This document shows positions 29,061 to 40,030 of a stretch of 64,000 nt of DNA, one piece after another. A model generated the notes under the pieces. The model worked only from the letters and a program-made list of their open reading frames with translations, made no database searches and had not been told where the DNA came from. The stretch is from an uncultured Thermoplasmatales archaeon (GTDB lineage: Archaea > Thermoplasmatota > E2 > DHVEG-1). The position numbers were made by a program, and so were the translations under genes. The stretch covers positions 2,071 to 66,070 of the forward strand of contig CAZWZY010000007.1 of NCBI GenBank assembly GCA_964638175.1, written 5' to 3'. Position 1 is the first letter of the stretch; every line of letters begins with the position of its first letter.

Positions 29061-30941
29061 ATGGGAAAAATTATAGGTGTAGATTTAGGAACAACGAATT
29101 CCGAAGTTGCCGTTATGGAAGCTGGGAAACCAACCATTATTAAAAGTGCGGAAGGACAACCGTACTTTCCTTCCGTTGTTGCATTTACCAAAGAAGGGGA
29201 AATGCTCGTTGGAGAATCGGCAAAGCGACAAGCAGTAACAAATACTGAAGGAACTGTTCATCGGATTAAACGAAAAATGGGAACTGGTGAAAAGATAAAG
29301 ATTCGGGGGAAAGAGTATACTCCTGAACAGATATCAGCATTTATTTTACAAAAAATCAAAAAAGATGCCGAAGATTTTCTTGGAGAAAAAGTAACGGAAG
29401 CAGTGATTACCGTTCCTGCCTATTTTAATGACGACCAACGGCAAGCAACCAAAGATGCAGGTAAAATTGCAGGTCTTACGGTCAAACGAATTATCAACGA
29501 ACCAACTGCTGCATCACTTGCGTATGGACTGGATAAAAAAGGAGATCATAAGATCGCCGTCTATGACTTTGGTGGCGGAACCTTCGATATTACCCTGATG
29601 GAAGTAGGCGAGGGTGTCTTTGAAGTATTATCCACCAATGGCGATACCCAACTAGGCGGTTCTGATATGGATCAAACATTGGTGGACTATTTTGTAAGTG
29701 ACTTTAAGAAAAAGCATAACGTCGATTTAACCAAGGACCCCAAGGCGGTACAACGATTGCTTGAAGCAGCAGAAAAGGCAAAGATGGAACTTTCTTCAAC
29801 GCTACAGACGGAAATCAATCTGCCCTACATTACAGTCGTTGATAACGAGCCGCAACATTTAGAACTCAAATTAACCCGAGCAAAACTCGAGGAACTGATT
29901 ACCCCTATTGTTGATAAAACAGAGCAGCCCTGCAAGCAGGCACTTAAGGATGCAAAATTAAAACCAGCAGATATTGATCACGTCGTACTTGTTGGTGGAA
30001 CGACGCGAATCCCTCTGGTAAAGAAGAAGGTCGAAGCCATTTTCGGTAAAACGCCAAAACGTGATGTCGATCCTATGGAATGTGTGGCCATTGGTGCAGC
30101 CATCCAAGCAGGAGTTCTTTCTGGTGACATCGACAAAGATATCGTCTTGCTTGATGTAACACCTTTAACGCTCAGTATTGAAACACTTGGTGGTGTCGCC
30201 ACGCCACTGATTGAAAGAAATACCACCGTTCCCACAAAAAAAAGTAAAATCTTCTCTACTGCGGCAGATAACCAACCAAGCGTCGACATTAATGTACTCC
30301 AAGGAGAACGACCGATGGCAGCAGATAACAGAAGCCTGGGGCGATTCCATCTCGACGGCATCCTCCCTGCACCACGAGGCATTCCTCAAATCGAAGTGAC
30401 CTTTGACATCGACGCTGATGGTATTCTTAATGTCTCTGCAAAGGACCTCGGTACAAAAAAAGAACAGAGTATTCGTATTACAGGGTCAACAAAACTCACT
30501 GATGACGAAATTTCTCGGATGAAAAAAGAAGCAGACGAGCATGCTGAGGAAGACAAAAAACGAAAGGAAAAAGTAGAAATACGAAACAATGGAGATGCTC
30601 TTGTCCACTCAGCACAAAAGACGGTGGATGAATTGAAAGACAAATTTTCACCCGAGGATAAAAAAGCTATTGAAGAGGGAATTAAGGCATTGCGGGAAGC
30701 ACTTGCTGGTGATGATACTGTCCTTATCAAAGAAAAAACAGATGCATTGACGAATGCGCTTCAAAAGGCATCGACAGCAGTTTATCAACAGGCTGCTCAA
30801 CAGGCACAACAGCAACAGCAAACATCACAAGACTCACCAAAAGACGAGAGTTGGTCTGGTCATCCTTCGGGAGGCGACAAGACCATTGATGCTGACTATG
30901 AAGTAAAGGATGATAAAAACAAATCAAAGAAAAAAGATTAG
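29061..30941 (+). CDS. dnaK: Chaperone DnaK (Hsp70)
   Basis: It has IGIDLGTTNS, DLGGGTFD and the full Hsp70 architecture. Confidence 0.95.
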   Translation: MGKIIGVDLGTTNSEVAVMEAGKPTIIKSAEGQPYFPSVVAFTKEGEMLVGESAKRQAVTNTEGTVHRIKRKMGTGEKIKIRGKEYTPEQISAFILQKIKKDAEDFLGEKVTEAVITVPAYFNDDQRQATKDAGKIAGLTVKRIINEPTAASLAYGLDKKGDHKIAVYDFGGGTFDITLMEVGEGVFEVLSTNGDTQLGGSDMDQTLVDYFVSDFKKKHNVDLTKDPKAVQRLLEAAEKAKMELSSTLQTEINLPYITVVDNEPQHLELKLTRAKLEELITPIVDKTEQPCKQALKDAKLKPADIDHVVLVGGTTRIPLVKKKVEAIFGKTPKRDVDPMECVAIGAAIQAGVLSGDIDKDIVLLDVTPLTLSIETLGGVATPLIERNTTVPTKKSKIFSTAADNQPSVDINVLQGERPMAADNRSLGRFHLDGILPAPRGIPQIEVTFDIDADGILNVSAKDLGTKKEQSIRITGSTKLTDDEISRMKKEADEHAEEDKKRKEKVEIRNNGDALVHSAQKTVDELKDKFSPEDKKAIEEGIKALREALAGDDTVLIKEKTDALTNALQKASTAVYQQAAQQAQQQQQTSQDSPKDESWSGHPSGGDKTIDADYEVKDDKNKSKKKD

Positions 30942-30950
30942 GGATTTGTG

Positions 30951-31370
30951 CTACTTTGATTTCAGCATGAGTACTGAACACGGTGCATGCCGAAGCACTT
31001 CCTCAGGGGTACTCCCCAAGATGAATCGATCAATTCTTCCTTTTTTTTCTTTATGTCCTGCCATAATAATCAGATCATCTTCATTTGAATAGTTGACAAT
31101 CTCTTCTGCAGGATCTCCTGAGATAAGAATGGTTTGAAGGTCTACGCCCATCTCCTTGCCAATAGGTTTAAAACTCTCTAAAAACGCCTCTGCCTCTTTT
31201 TTCAGTTTCTCTTCAAGTACAACTGAGGCAATAAATTGGTGCGTGTCATTGATAGAAATCACCGTTGCTTTAATGCCTAATGCTTTTGCTAAAAATGCAC
31301 CTTGCCGTACTACATTTTTTGAACTCTCAGAATTATCAACAGGAATCACGACACGTTTGACGTTTTCCAT
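30951..31370 (-). CDS. Universal stress protein (UspA family)
   Basis: It has a Usp fold with the G-2x-G-9x-G(S/T) ATP motif (GHKEKKGRIDRFILGSTPEEV). Confidence 0.75.
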   Translation of the reverse strand: MENVKRVVIPVDNSESSKNVVRQGAFLAKALGIKATVISINDTHQFIASVVLEEKLKKEAEAFLESFKPIGKEMGVDLQTILISGDPAEEIVNYSNEDDLIIMAGHKEKKGRIDRFILGSTPEEVLRHAPCSVLMLKSK

Positions 31371-31437
31371 GGGCTTCTATCCATTCGTATGAATAAAGTG
31401 TTAGATAATTAAATATTGCGACGAAATCATAAAAACA

Positions 31438-32577
31438 CTATCCTCTCAACAGTTTTTCATAATATGAAGAGGTACCTGTTTCTAGTATTTCTCTGATAAT
31501 GTGCGCTGTTGTGTTGCCAATCCCCTTTAGCTCCTGCAACTGTCCAATCATTTGAGATACGGGAACAGGTAATTGAGAAATGGCATACGCGGCATAACCA
31601 TACGGAGATGGTTGACCTCGTAATTTGAGCAAATAGTCAAGATGCTCAAGAATAACAACGATGCGGTCGTTTTCATCTACAATGTCAGCATACAAATAGG
31701 GAGGGATGCGTGCTGGAATATGATAGTGTTTTATCATTGCATAAAACATTCTATTAATCGATTGATAATAGGAGCCACTAGCATTACCCCATTTATCTCC
31801 TTTGTAAATGTGGTGATAATCAGGTAGCAGGTGAGGATAATGCTGCTTGAGAGTGTTGAGAAAATACGCTTGTTGTTTTCCTTCCTTGAGAGTCATACCA
31901 CCAAAGATAATAAAATCGACACCAACGTCATGTGCCTGTGTAATCGTTTCTTGAAGAATAGATGAGGTATCAGTAACAAAGGGAATGACAGGAAGTAGAA
32001 ACATACCACAGGCAATTCCTTCCCCTTTCAACCGTTGTATGGTGCGTAACCGTTCTGTTGGAGATGGAACACCTGGCTCAAAAATAGCGCTGATATCATC
32101 ATTTATCGATGAAAAGCTAAAGCTTACAATGGCTCTGTTTTGTGTATTTATTTTTTTGATGATATCAATATCGCGCTCAACCAAGGTTGATTTAGTAAGC
32201 ACATGAACGGGAAACTTTCTTTCGTACAGAAGTAAAAGGATTTTACGAGTTAATTTATATGTTTTTTCAACGGGTTGATAACTGTCACCCACGCTGCCAC
32301 CAACCATCACATAGCTGGGTTTAAACGGCAGGCGTTTTCGTTTGGGATCAAGCTCTCGAGCAATAATCTCAGGTGCATTTACCTTAACTTCAACATCCTT
32401 TCCAAATTCTCCCTCAACATAATATCCTTCAGCTCGTCCATCGCAATACACACAGTTATGAGTACACCCCCGATAGAGGTTCATGCCATAGTGGGAGAGA
32501 AACCATGAATCAATTTTTTTTCGTTTGCGCAATACTGATTTTGCATAAATTTCCCTGACGGACACAATGTAATGCAT
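31438..32577 (-). CDS. Radical SAM enzyme of the spore-photoproduct-lyase-like (COG1533) family with C-terminal HhH
   Basis: It has the CTHNCVYCDG motif (Cx3Cx2C) in a TIM-barrel-like region, and a C-terminal helix-hairpin-helix (LQELKGIGNTTAHII). Confidence 0.6.
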   Translation of the reverse strand: MHYIVSVREIYAKSVLRKRKKIDSWFLSHYGMNLYRGCTHNCVYCDGRAEGYYVEGEFGKDVEVKVNAPEIIARELDPKRKRLPFKPSYVMVGGSVGDSYQPVEKTYKLTRKILLLLYERKFPVHVLTKSTLVERDIDIIKKINTQNRAIVSFSFSSINDDISAIFEPGVPSPTERLRTIQRLKGEGIACGMFLLPVIPFVTDTSSILQETITQAHDVGVDFIIFGGMTLKEGKQQAYFLNTLKQHYPHLLPDYHHIYKGDKWGNASGSYYQSINRMFYAMIKHYHIPARIPPYLYADIVDENDRIVVILEHLDYLLKLRGQPSPYGYAAYAISQLPVPVSQMIGQLQELKGIGNTTAHIIREILETGTSSYYEKLLRG

Positions 32578-33438
32578 TTCTCATGACTTATTTATAATCA
32601 CGCGTTGACAAAAAGAAACGGAACCACCCAAGGTAATCTTGGGCAGCCATTACTCATATTGTGAATATGAGGAATATCCATCGCTACTTCCTGATGAATG
32701 TGCTTTCAGAGAGAGACGTCGAACCATGCCATGTTCGTACACAACCTTTGGGGTTTTCCTCTGTTTTACTAACCTCACAAGCTTTTGGGTGTTTTTATTG
32801 AGTTTTGTTTGCCCCACGAGTTTCATCTCCCAAATCGTGTTATATAATATCTTGCATGCTTCACCTTTATATTTCTTTCGATTTAACCGATTTTTTAATT
32901 GCCTTTTTTGACATGTATCGTTCAAAAAATACTATACAAATAAAAAGGAATATCGCATATGTCATAATGGTTGCACCATGAATGAAAAAGACAAAGCAGA
33001 GTTTCTCAAGGATTTCAAAAATGCTGACATACAAAAAAAACTAGATATGTGGTTCTACGCACTTGAACAGGATGGCCTCTGGGAAGAAATCCTTGCTGAA
33101 ATGTCAGACATTGCCCAAAATCTTACCCGCGGACGAACGGTTACTGCAAAATAATGATAATGATGAAAAGAACAGAGAGGCAAGATCATACATGGATGAA
33201 GAAGGTAAAAAAGAACTTATGGATGAATTCAAAAAAGGAGACGGCGCAAAGCGACTTGATCTCTGGGACTATGCATTACAACAGCAGGTTTTGTGGGAAG
33301 GAATTATTGCAGATATGCAAAAAATCGCTCGGGAACAAGGCGTTGACAAGCAATTGGAAAAGCTAATGGACGAAGAAATGAAAAATGCATGAGTAGCTTT
33401 GTTGTTAGCAAAAATCCATCTCTTATTGGTGTCTCTTT

Positions 33439-33933
33439 ATGAAAGAAGGATATCTTCAACTCAAAATCGCCGAACTAAATGACACATGTAAGGAGATTGA
33501 GCATTTATTATCGTTAGAACGAACAAATCTTGCACGCATACAGGAAAAAGTAGGTGAATATAAAGAAGTCATTAAAAAATTTCAACACCTTGATCAGTTT
33601 AAACAACAAGCGTTACATAACATCCAACAACAAAACGACGCGCTGATCGCCAAGCATGTGGATATGGCATCCCAACAGCTTCATAAAGCCTTACAAGAAC
33701 TTATTGAGAGTAACGCCAATAAAATTGATAAAACATTAGCTTTTTTGCAAGAGCGGGAGAAAATACTTGAGTGCCAAAACAAGACACTGGCACAACAACA
33801 AAAAAATATAACATTTCTTCGTGAACACAACGAACTGCTCATGATGAAGTTAGTTAATAAGCAAGTGTTGACAGGTCAAGATGTTGCTGAAATGCAACGA
33901 CGAGCGGAAAAGAAAACGGAAGAAACAAAGTAA
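33439..33933 (+). CDS. Coiled-coil hypothetical protein
   Basis: It is Gln/Glu/Lys-rich with heptad periodicity and has no recognisable catalytic motif. Confidence 0.35.
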   Translation: MKEGYLQLKIAELNDTCKEIEHLLSLERTNLARIQEKVGEYKEVIKKFQHLDQFKQQALHNIQQQNDALIAKHVDMASQQLHKALQELIESNANKIDKTLAFLQEREKILECQNKTLAQQQKNITFLREHNELLMMKLVNKQVLTGQDVAEMQRRAEKKTEETK

Positions 33934-33940
33934 ACCAACG

Positions 33941-34414
33941 CTAGTGTACTGGACAAGCAGATCGGCCATGTTTTGTAAGATAATTTTGATGATACTCTTC
34001 CGCAGGATAAAAGGCCTGTGCCTGTACAATGTCGGTAACGATAGGTTTGTCGTACACCTTTTGTGAGGCGAGTTTTTCTTTTGAAGATATCGCTGCATTT
34101 TTTTGTTGTTCTGTATGGTAAAAAATGACGGATCGATATTGTGTTCCAATATCTGACCCTTGCCGATTTAACTGAGTAGGGTCATGAATCTTCCAAAAGA
34201 TATCAAGAAGCCGTTCATAAGGAATTTTTGTTTCATCATAGACAATGTGCACAACTTCAGCATGGCCAGTAGTGTTCGTACAGACGTCTTTATATGTGGG
34301 ATCTTTAAGTGTTCCACCCATATAGCCAACTGTTTTCTGTAGCACACCTTTCAGATCTTGAAACGCTGCCTGAACTCCCCAGAAACATCCTGCAGCAAAG
34401 GTTGCTTGTTGCAT
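33941..34414 (-). CDS. msrA: Peptide methionine sulfoxide reductase MsrA
   Basis: It has the GCFWG active-site motif. Confidence 0.85.
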   Translation of the reverse strand: MQQATFAAGCFWGVQAAFQDLKGVLQKTVGYMGGTLKDPTYKDVCTNTTGHAEVVHIVYDETKIPYERLLDIFWKIHDPTQLNRQGSDIGTQYRSVIFYHTEQQKNAAISSKEKLASQKVYDKPIVTDIVQAQAFYPAEEYHQNYLTKHGRSACPVH

Positions 34415-34819
34415 TAACTCTCCAACATCATAAAAACAATGACCATATTTTATGATTTGTGGTCAACTGCAAGTTTGTCCTCTCTACCGCATTTTCAATG
34501 AAAACGTATCTTATACTGTTCAAACGGAACGGCCGGTTCATGGAACATAATATTATTGATCTCGTGAAAAAGAGAGAAACGGCAAAAGTATGAAACGAGT
34601 AGGAGTTGGATTACAAAGCAGTTGGTTTGTACATGAAGAATACGATTTTGCAGCACTGTGCCGCGCAAATTGTTGCTAATATCAAACGATTTCAAGAATT
34701 CGTGTACAAAACATTCCCTAACTATTCAGAAACTTTAACAATACTTGAAGTTGTAGTTCCCATTGAGACAGAAGATTTTTTGAATCCTGCAATTGAAAAG
34801 ATGAATGACTTGTTTTAAA

Positions 34820-35737
34820 CTATAGTGTTATTGCGCTTAATATGATAATTGTTTCATCTTGTTGCATTTCTGAATAGTACATTCGATATGATCCATCAGA
34901 CAATTCGATAATATCTGGATCTAGCAATAGCATGTGACCTTCATCTGGCTCAAGACGTTTGCCGTCATCTAATGTAAAGGTAAAGCCGTCTGTAGAACTA
35001 GCACTCATAATATACTGCGTACCTACACCAAATTCTTCATCAAAGGTGGTGAAAAATAATGTATAACTGCCGTCATAAAGCTGTACAATGTCAGGGTCGA
35101 TAACGATTCGTCCGAGATCTATTGACTTTTGTTTTGCCCATGTCAATCCCTCATCAGAGGACAGTGCTATTGCTGAGGAAATGCCTCGTGTATAATACAT
35201 GAGCAAATCGCCATCGTTTGTTCTAAGAATGTCGGGTACTGACACAAAAAGTTCACCGGGCTTTCCATCTCCCTCCTCTTGGAACCGTATGCCCTCCTCA
35301 AGATTCCACGTAAATCCATCCTCCGAAAACGCACTGAATAGTCGTCTATCATGATTGGCATCTTGTCCTTCATAAATCATTCGATAGCTCCCATTTTGTA
35401 ACTCAATTATCGCAGAATTTGATACCATCATCTGCAGCGAGTCCGGTTGTCCATTTTCGATAGCAACACCTACGTGCTCAAAGATTAAGCCATCTGAAGA
35501 CTGTGCTATTTGAATGCCATTTGAAGTGTAATACATGACATACGTGCCATCAATAACAATGGTCGAAGAACTCACACCTTCATCAATTCTTGTTCCTGGC
35601 TCTTTTTCCCAACTCATGAGTGCCTCTTGATCTTGTTCGGGTTCTTGTTCTTCGCTGGATGGGACCTCTTCCTGCACACATCCGCTAAGCATGGATATCA
35701 ATATGACTGTGCACAAAACAAAACATTTCGTGTTCAT
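34820..35737 (-). CDS. Secreted lipoprotein with repeated beta-propeller-like blades (DGSY...YY repeats; GH32/43/BNR-like fold)
   Basis: It has a lipobox-like signal (MLSGC). It has at least four repeats of the DGSYRMIYE, DGSYTLFFT, DGSYRMYYS and DGTYVMYYT type. Confidence 0.45.
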   Translation of the reverse strand: MNTKCFVLCTVILISMLSGCVQEEVPSSEEQEPEQDQEALMSWEKEPGTRIDEGVSSSTIVIDGTYVMYYTSNGIQIAQSSDGLIFEHVGVAIENGQPDSLQMMVSNSAIIELQNGSYRMIYEGQDANHDRRLFSAFSEDGFTWNLEEGIRFQEEGDGKPGELFVSVPDILRTNDGDLLMYYTRGISSAIALSSDEGLTWAKQKSIDLGRIVIDPDIVQLYDGSYTLFFTTFDEEFGVGTQYIMSASSTDGFTFTLDDGKRLEPDEGHMLLLDPDIIELSDGSYRMYYSEMQQDETIIILSAITL

Positions 35738-35807
35738 GCTGCATTCCTCACCGCCTACACATGAGACACTGTTTCCTTTAATATTTTGTTATTGTTGTGA
35801 TATTCTC

Positions 35808-36959
35808 TCATTTTGTACAGGAATAGATATGATTTGCAGCATAGAGTCCTGTGATATACGACTCTTCTAACCCTGCTACATTACCGTCACCAATTACATA
35901 TAAGTTGTTTCCTCGATTGCTCTCAATCAACGTATGACCATTGATCGTCCCTGCAGGGTCCCAAAAATGACGTCCGAGAATACGGAATTCAGAGAAATAG
36001 TTTTCAATGGAAGGCGGAGCATACCTGTAATAAAACAGGTATGTACCATCTCCAAGATTAGCAACGGCTTGTACATTACTTGGTGGAGCAAACAACTGAT
36101 ATTTTTTACGGGCAATATGTTGTAAGGGTTTTCCTGCAAGATGTACCATATGCGTACTTACTGGTTTGTTTGTCTTTTCAAGCAAGACAAAACAAGTGGC
36201 TGAAGAAATATCCGTAGCGATAACAAGATTCTTTGCCTGAAAAAACGTGTCTTTTGTTTGTACTTTGTAGTGTTTGTTTTTATAGTGGATACCAGTAACA
36301 TCGCCAAGAATAACACACTCTTTAAACGGGTCAGTCATCTTTTCCTTTTCAAAAGTAAACGTATAAATGGGAGTAATAAGTGGTAAGAGAAATTGCAAAA
36401 AACTGAAAGCATTCATCTCAGAAATAGTTGAAAAAGTGGTAGAATACAGCGCTTTTGATAGATACTTATCAGTTCCTTTCTGCAAATGATGTTCTTGCAC
36501 AAATTCATGAGCTTTTTTTATATAGAGCTCATGCAACAAAGCGTTTTGTTCAATTGCTTGTTTCTGTGAAATGTGTTCAGACTTTTTCCTGAATGCGCGA
36601 AATGCCTTTCGAAACCGATACAACATCTTCATGGTTTTCAAGAATTGAAACGTGTAAGGAAGCAATGTTGGTTCAAATAGCACGTAGGTCTGTTCTTGGT
36701 CATGAAAACAAAAATCACTCAATTTAATTCTTGATTTTATACTCACATGAGGCAATACATGGTAGTAATCCGAGCACACAAAAAATGCACCATAGTTTGC
36801 CGTCCCGTCTTCAGAGGTCAAAATGCGACCACCAATATCTTTGCTAACAAGTGCGAAGTCTTCACCTACTGCTGAAAGATGCCTTGCACAAGCAAGTCCA
36901 GAGATGCCCGCCCCTATAATGAGAGTATCAAAAGATTGTGAATTCATAGATTTCCCCAT
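35808..36959 (-). CDS. FAD-dependent oxidoreductase (amine-oxidase/PPOX-like)
   Basis: It has the N-terminal dinucleotide fold LIIGAGISGLACARHL. Confidence 0.6.
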   Translation of the reverse strand: MGKSMNSQSFDTLIIGAGISGLACARHLSAVGEDFALVSKDIGGRILTSEDGTANYGAFFVCSDYYHVLPHVSIKSRIKLSDFCFHDQEQTYVLFEPTLLPYTFQFLKTMKMLYRFRKAFRAFRKKSEHISQKQAIEQNALLHELYIKKAHEFVQEHHLQKGTDKYLSKALYSTTFSTISEMNAFSFLQFLLPLITPIYTFTFEKEKMTDPFKECVILGDVTGIHYKNKHYKVQTKDTFFQAKNLVIATDISSATCFVLLEKTNKPVSTHMVHLAGKPLQHIARKKYQLFAPPSNVQAVANLGDGTYLFYYRYAPPSIENYFSEFRILGRHFWDPAGTINGHTLIESNRGNNLYVIGDGNVAGLEESYITGLYAANHIYSCTK

Positions 36960-37070
36960 ACAATGTAAGAGTGTCCTCTCACTCCCACCATAATTAAAGT
37001 AGTGCTCTTTAAGAGTTTCTCATTCTCGATTCTTTCTTACTGAGACGTTATCTGTATTTATCTGAGTCTA

Positions 37071-37445
37071 TTGATATATTCAGCAAGAAAAATGACATGT
37101 CCAGGATGTAGAGTAAAAGACAAACAATGTACATTTCTCAAGAAACACTGCGAGCGACTCTTGCAACATACGGTTACCTATTGCTTTGAATGTCCTGACT
37201 TTCCTTGTCATCATCTCAAAGCTCTTGACGACCGATATCAACGAAACTACCACATGAGTATGATTGACAATTTACGATTTATACGAGATCTTGGAGCAAA
37301 GGCATTTCTTAAAAAAGAAAGAAACGATGGGAATGTTCCGCCTGTGGTGGAACAATCTGTGTGCATACGAATAGATGCTATGCTTGTAATCCGCAATCCT
37401 CAATTTGATCCATTCCCCTCGCCAGAGTTGCCATCACCAGCCTGA
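37071..37445 (+). CDS. Cys-rich DUF3795-like protein
   Basis: It has CPGC...C...C...YCFECPDFPCHHL, a spacing typical of the DUF3795 family. Confidence 0.45.
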   Translation: MIYSARKMTCPGCRVKDKQCTFLKKHCERLLQHTVTYCFECPDFPCHHLKALDDRYQRNYHMSMIDNLRFIRDLGAKAFLKKERNDGNVPPVVEQSVCIRIDAMLVIRNPQFDPFPSPELPSPA

Positions 37446-38368
37446 TTTTTTATAGTTACAATAATGGTATCAGAATCAGTCAATTCGCCGTCATTTACCG
37501 TTAGCGTTACATGATAGGTACCTGGCTCAGTATAAACATGAGTTACGGTCTGATTCGTATCAGCCATTCCATCGTCAAAGTCCCATACAAAAGTAATGTT
37601 ATCTCCATCAATATCTATAGTGCCTGATGCATCAAACACAATCGTCTCGTTCACTGATGCTGTCACATGGTTCCCCCGAGTGTCATTAACTACGATATCA
37701 ATCGCTGGTTTTCTGTTTCCAACCATATTTTTCAACGTATTGTTGTCCTTGAGTTTCACTTGAGTGCCATTCCCATAGTTGGTAATGCGCTCATGATTGC
37801 GGAATCTTACTTTTGTCCCATTTGCATAGCTAATATTTAATTCACTAATGACGGGCAAGAGCTTGTATTTCTCACCGCCACCATATACATGAATGGAATT
37901 CTCAAGATCGATATCGAGAGTGAATGTATTGTTCCCTTCTTCAAGTTTAAACAATTGTTGGATCTTTAGTGTACCTGAAGGAACCTCAAAATATACTGTT
38001 TCATTCGTATCTTTTAAAACACCAGTTGCAGCATCAATCACAATCCACAATCTGGTATAATTTCCTACTTCAATCTCACCAATGCCCAAGGTCTCTGTCA
38101 GATTGTTCATATGAAGATATAAAAGATCTACGGTCGTGACATTGAGAGGGATGTTTATCCATCCCGTTTCATTACTATGTAATTGTACTTCAGAAAAGGT
38201 GATATTAACATGGACAAAATCATCGGTGGGCACATCACCAATGCGAAACGAGGTGACAGAAATAGCCGTTTCACCTTCTTGTTGCGTTTCTTCTACACAT
38301 CCGATTGTACACACCAGCATGCCAACAACAACTGCAATAACAATAAGTTTGAGATTCACATAACTCAC
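37400..38368 (-). CDS. Secreted lipoprotein with C-terminal PKD domain
   Basis: It has a lipobox signal (LVCTIGC). The C-terminal segment FDASGTIDIDGDNITFVWDFDDG...YTEPGTYHVTLTVNDG is a PKD signature. Confidence 0.65.
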   Translation of the reverse strand: MSYVNLKLIVIAVVVGMLVCTIGCVEETQQEGETAISVTSFRIGDVPTDDFVHVNITFSEVQLHSNETGWINIPLNVTTVDLLYLHMNNLTETLGIGEIEVGNYTRLWIVIDAATGVLKDTNETVYFEVPSGTLKIQQLFKLEEGNNTFTLDIDLENSIHVYGGGEKYKLLPVISELNISYANGTKVRFRNHERITNYGNGTQVKLKDNNTLKNMVGNRKPAIDIVVNDTRGNHVTASVNETIVFDASGTIDIDGDNITFVWDFDDGMADTNQTVTHVYTEPGTYHVTLTVNDGELTDSDTIIVTIKNQAGDGNSGEGNGSN

Positions 38369-38484
38369 CGGACATCTAGATAATTTTATTCTATAAATAT
38401 GTAACCCTTGCGTTCGTCCTAGAAACTATTTTTTCACCATAGCAAAATACTAAAATATTCAGTGTATTTCACACTCCCAGTTTT

Positions 38485-38556
38485 GCGGGTGTGATCTAGG
38501 GGTTATGATTAGGGCCTTCCAAGCCCTCAGCCCGGGTTCGATTCCCGGCGCCCGCA
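38485..38556 (+). tRNA. tRNA-Gly (anticodon TCC)
   Basis: It folds manually into a cloverleaf. The acceptor is GCGGGTG/CGCCCGC, the anticodon stem is AGGGC/GCCCT with loop CTTCCAA, and the T-loop is TTCGATT. CCA is not encoded. Confidence 0.8.
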
Positions 38557-38651
38557 CTGTTTCGTTAACCAGCATTTTGAAAAACCCTGTTTTCACGATT
38601 CATTTATAGGATAGATAAAATTTATATAATTGTTTCTATATAATAATATCG

Positions 38652-39266
38652 ATGAGAGTTGATAACATCTTAGAACTTGAAAAAAGAAAACAAATTTACA
38701 ATTTTATTTTACAATATCCTGGGTTACATCATCGTGAAATTTCAAGACGATTACATATTCCTAAAACCACATTGCTGTATCATCTTAAACATCTTAGAAA
38801 AGCTGGATTAATTAGTGAAAAAAACCACGGATGTTTTCTTCGTTATTTTGCCAGTACTGAAATTGGAACTGTCGATAGAGAAGTATTTGCTATGCTGAGA
38901 AAACGAGTTGCGAGAAACATTCTCTTCATTTTAGCATATTATCGTTTTTGCACCCAAACGGAAATTGTGAAACATCTGAAAGAGGATTGCAACATTAAGA
39001 AACACCCTACTACTATTGCCTTTCATCTAGATAAATTAATTGAAATGGGTGTCATCGAATGTGTTCAGAACGGGAGAAAGAAAATATATGTAGGAAACTA
39101 TAAAATCGCCCAAATGCTTATTGATTTTGTTATAACACATAAGCTTAGTTTTTTAGGTGATAAATTTCGATGGCATTTACATAGACTGAATAAACCTGCT
39201 CCAAATCGGCTTGAAAAAGCAGAACAAGTATTTTACGAGGTATTCCCACATCCATACCATGCTTGA
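38652..39266 (+). CDS. Winged-helix transcriptional regulator (two wHTH modules, ArsR/TrmB-like)
   Basis: It has HTH segments (HHREISRRLHIPKTTLLYHLKHLRKAGLI; TQTEIVKHL...TIAFHLDKLIEMGVI). Confidence 0.55.
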   Translation: MRVDNILELEKRKQIYNFILQYPGLHHREISRRLHIPKTTLLYHLKHLRKAGLISEKNHGCFLRYFASTEIGTVDREVFAMLRKRVARNILFILAYYRFCTQTEIVKHLKEDCNIKKHPTTIAFHLDKLIEMGVIECVQNGRKKIYVGNYKIAQMLIDFVITHKLSFLGDKFRWHLHRLNKPAPNRLEKAEQVFYEVFPHPYHA

Positions 39267-39358
39267 ATTCGTAAGCTGACTGTTTTTTGATACCAGGATT
39301 TCCGGTCTATAAAATTTATAAAGAAAAGATGATAATATTAATCAACGGTGTAAATAGT

Positions 39359-39826
39359 ATGAAAAGAAAGAACGTGTTTGGAGCTGGAATAGCGTTTTCA
39401 ATTCTTGCAGTAGCACTCTTGATTTCTTCAGCTGCTGCTGCCCCCGTGGCAAATAACGTCGTTGAAAGTGTTAATCTAGAGAGACAGTGTAGAGAAAATG
39501 ACGATGTTTTTGAAAAAAGTGATGAGGGAAAGAATCTTGCAGAAAAATCTGAGACAGATAACGATCCAGAAGAAGAACCAGCTGGAATGTTTTTTTGCAT
39601 ACTGAAAGTATCTTGTTCGGTCAATGGCTTTCCTTGTGTTGCTACGGTTAAAGTAAAAGAGATAAACGGTGATTACGATAGAAGTGGAAAGACGTATCTG
39701 CTTGGTAGTAAATTCTTTTTTGGGTTAAAACTAGGCCATAAATACAGAATTACTATCGAAGATACTGGTCAGAGCAGGAATGTTACAATAACCTGTGTTT
39801 TTGATTGTGAAAACTTTTGTTTGTGA
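39359..39826 (+). CDS. Secreted hypothetical protein
   Basis: It has a signal peptide at the internal Met (MKRKNVFGAGIAFSILAVALLISSAAAA). Acidic and Cys-containing mature regions follow. Confidence 0.4.
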   Translation: MKRKNVFGAGIAFSILAVALLISSAAAAPVANNVVESVNLERQCRENDDVFEKSDEGKNLAEKSETDNDPEEEPAGMFFCILKVSCSVNGFPCVATVKVKEINGDYDRSGKTYLLGSKFFFGLKLGHKYRITIEDTGQSRNVTITCVFDCENFCL

Positions 39827-39985
39827 TCTAAACTACACTTCAAATCTTTTTTAACTTTTTTAGAAACAATCCTTCTGCCATCTCCAAATACTGATATGTA
39901 ACGGCTGATTCATATCAGTAGTATGATGGAATAAACAATGGATTTGAAGGGGCTATTAAAAAGTATAGATGGATTTTAGTGAATG

Positions 39986-40030
39986 TATCCTTCCAAGTCC
40001 TCTGCACGGGTTCGATTCCCGTCGCCCGCA
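39986..40030 (+). other. Degenerate tRNA-Gly 3' fragment (anticodon loop to 3' end), likely integration/recombination scar
   Basis: The sequence CCTTCCAAGTCCTCTGCACGGGTTCGATTCCCGTCGCCCGCA matches the 3' about 45 nt of the tRNA-Gly at 38485. The T-loop and 3' acceptor are identical, with about 6 substitutions. No 5' half is present. Confidence 0.6.

Noticed and set aside
29978-30981. Several 70-134-aa ORFs on both strands inside dnaK
   Set aside because: They are antisense or alternative-frame artefacts within a canonical Hsp70 CDS.
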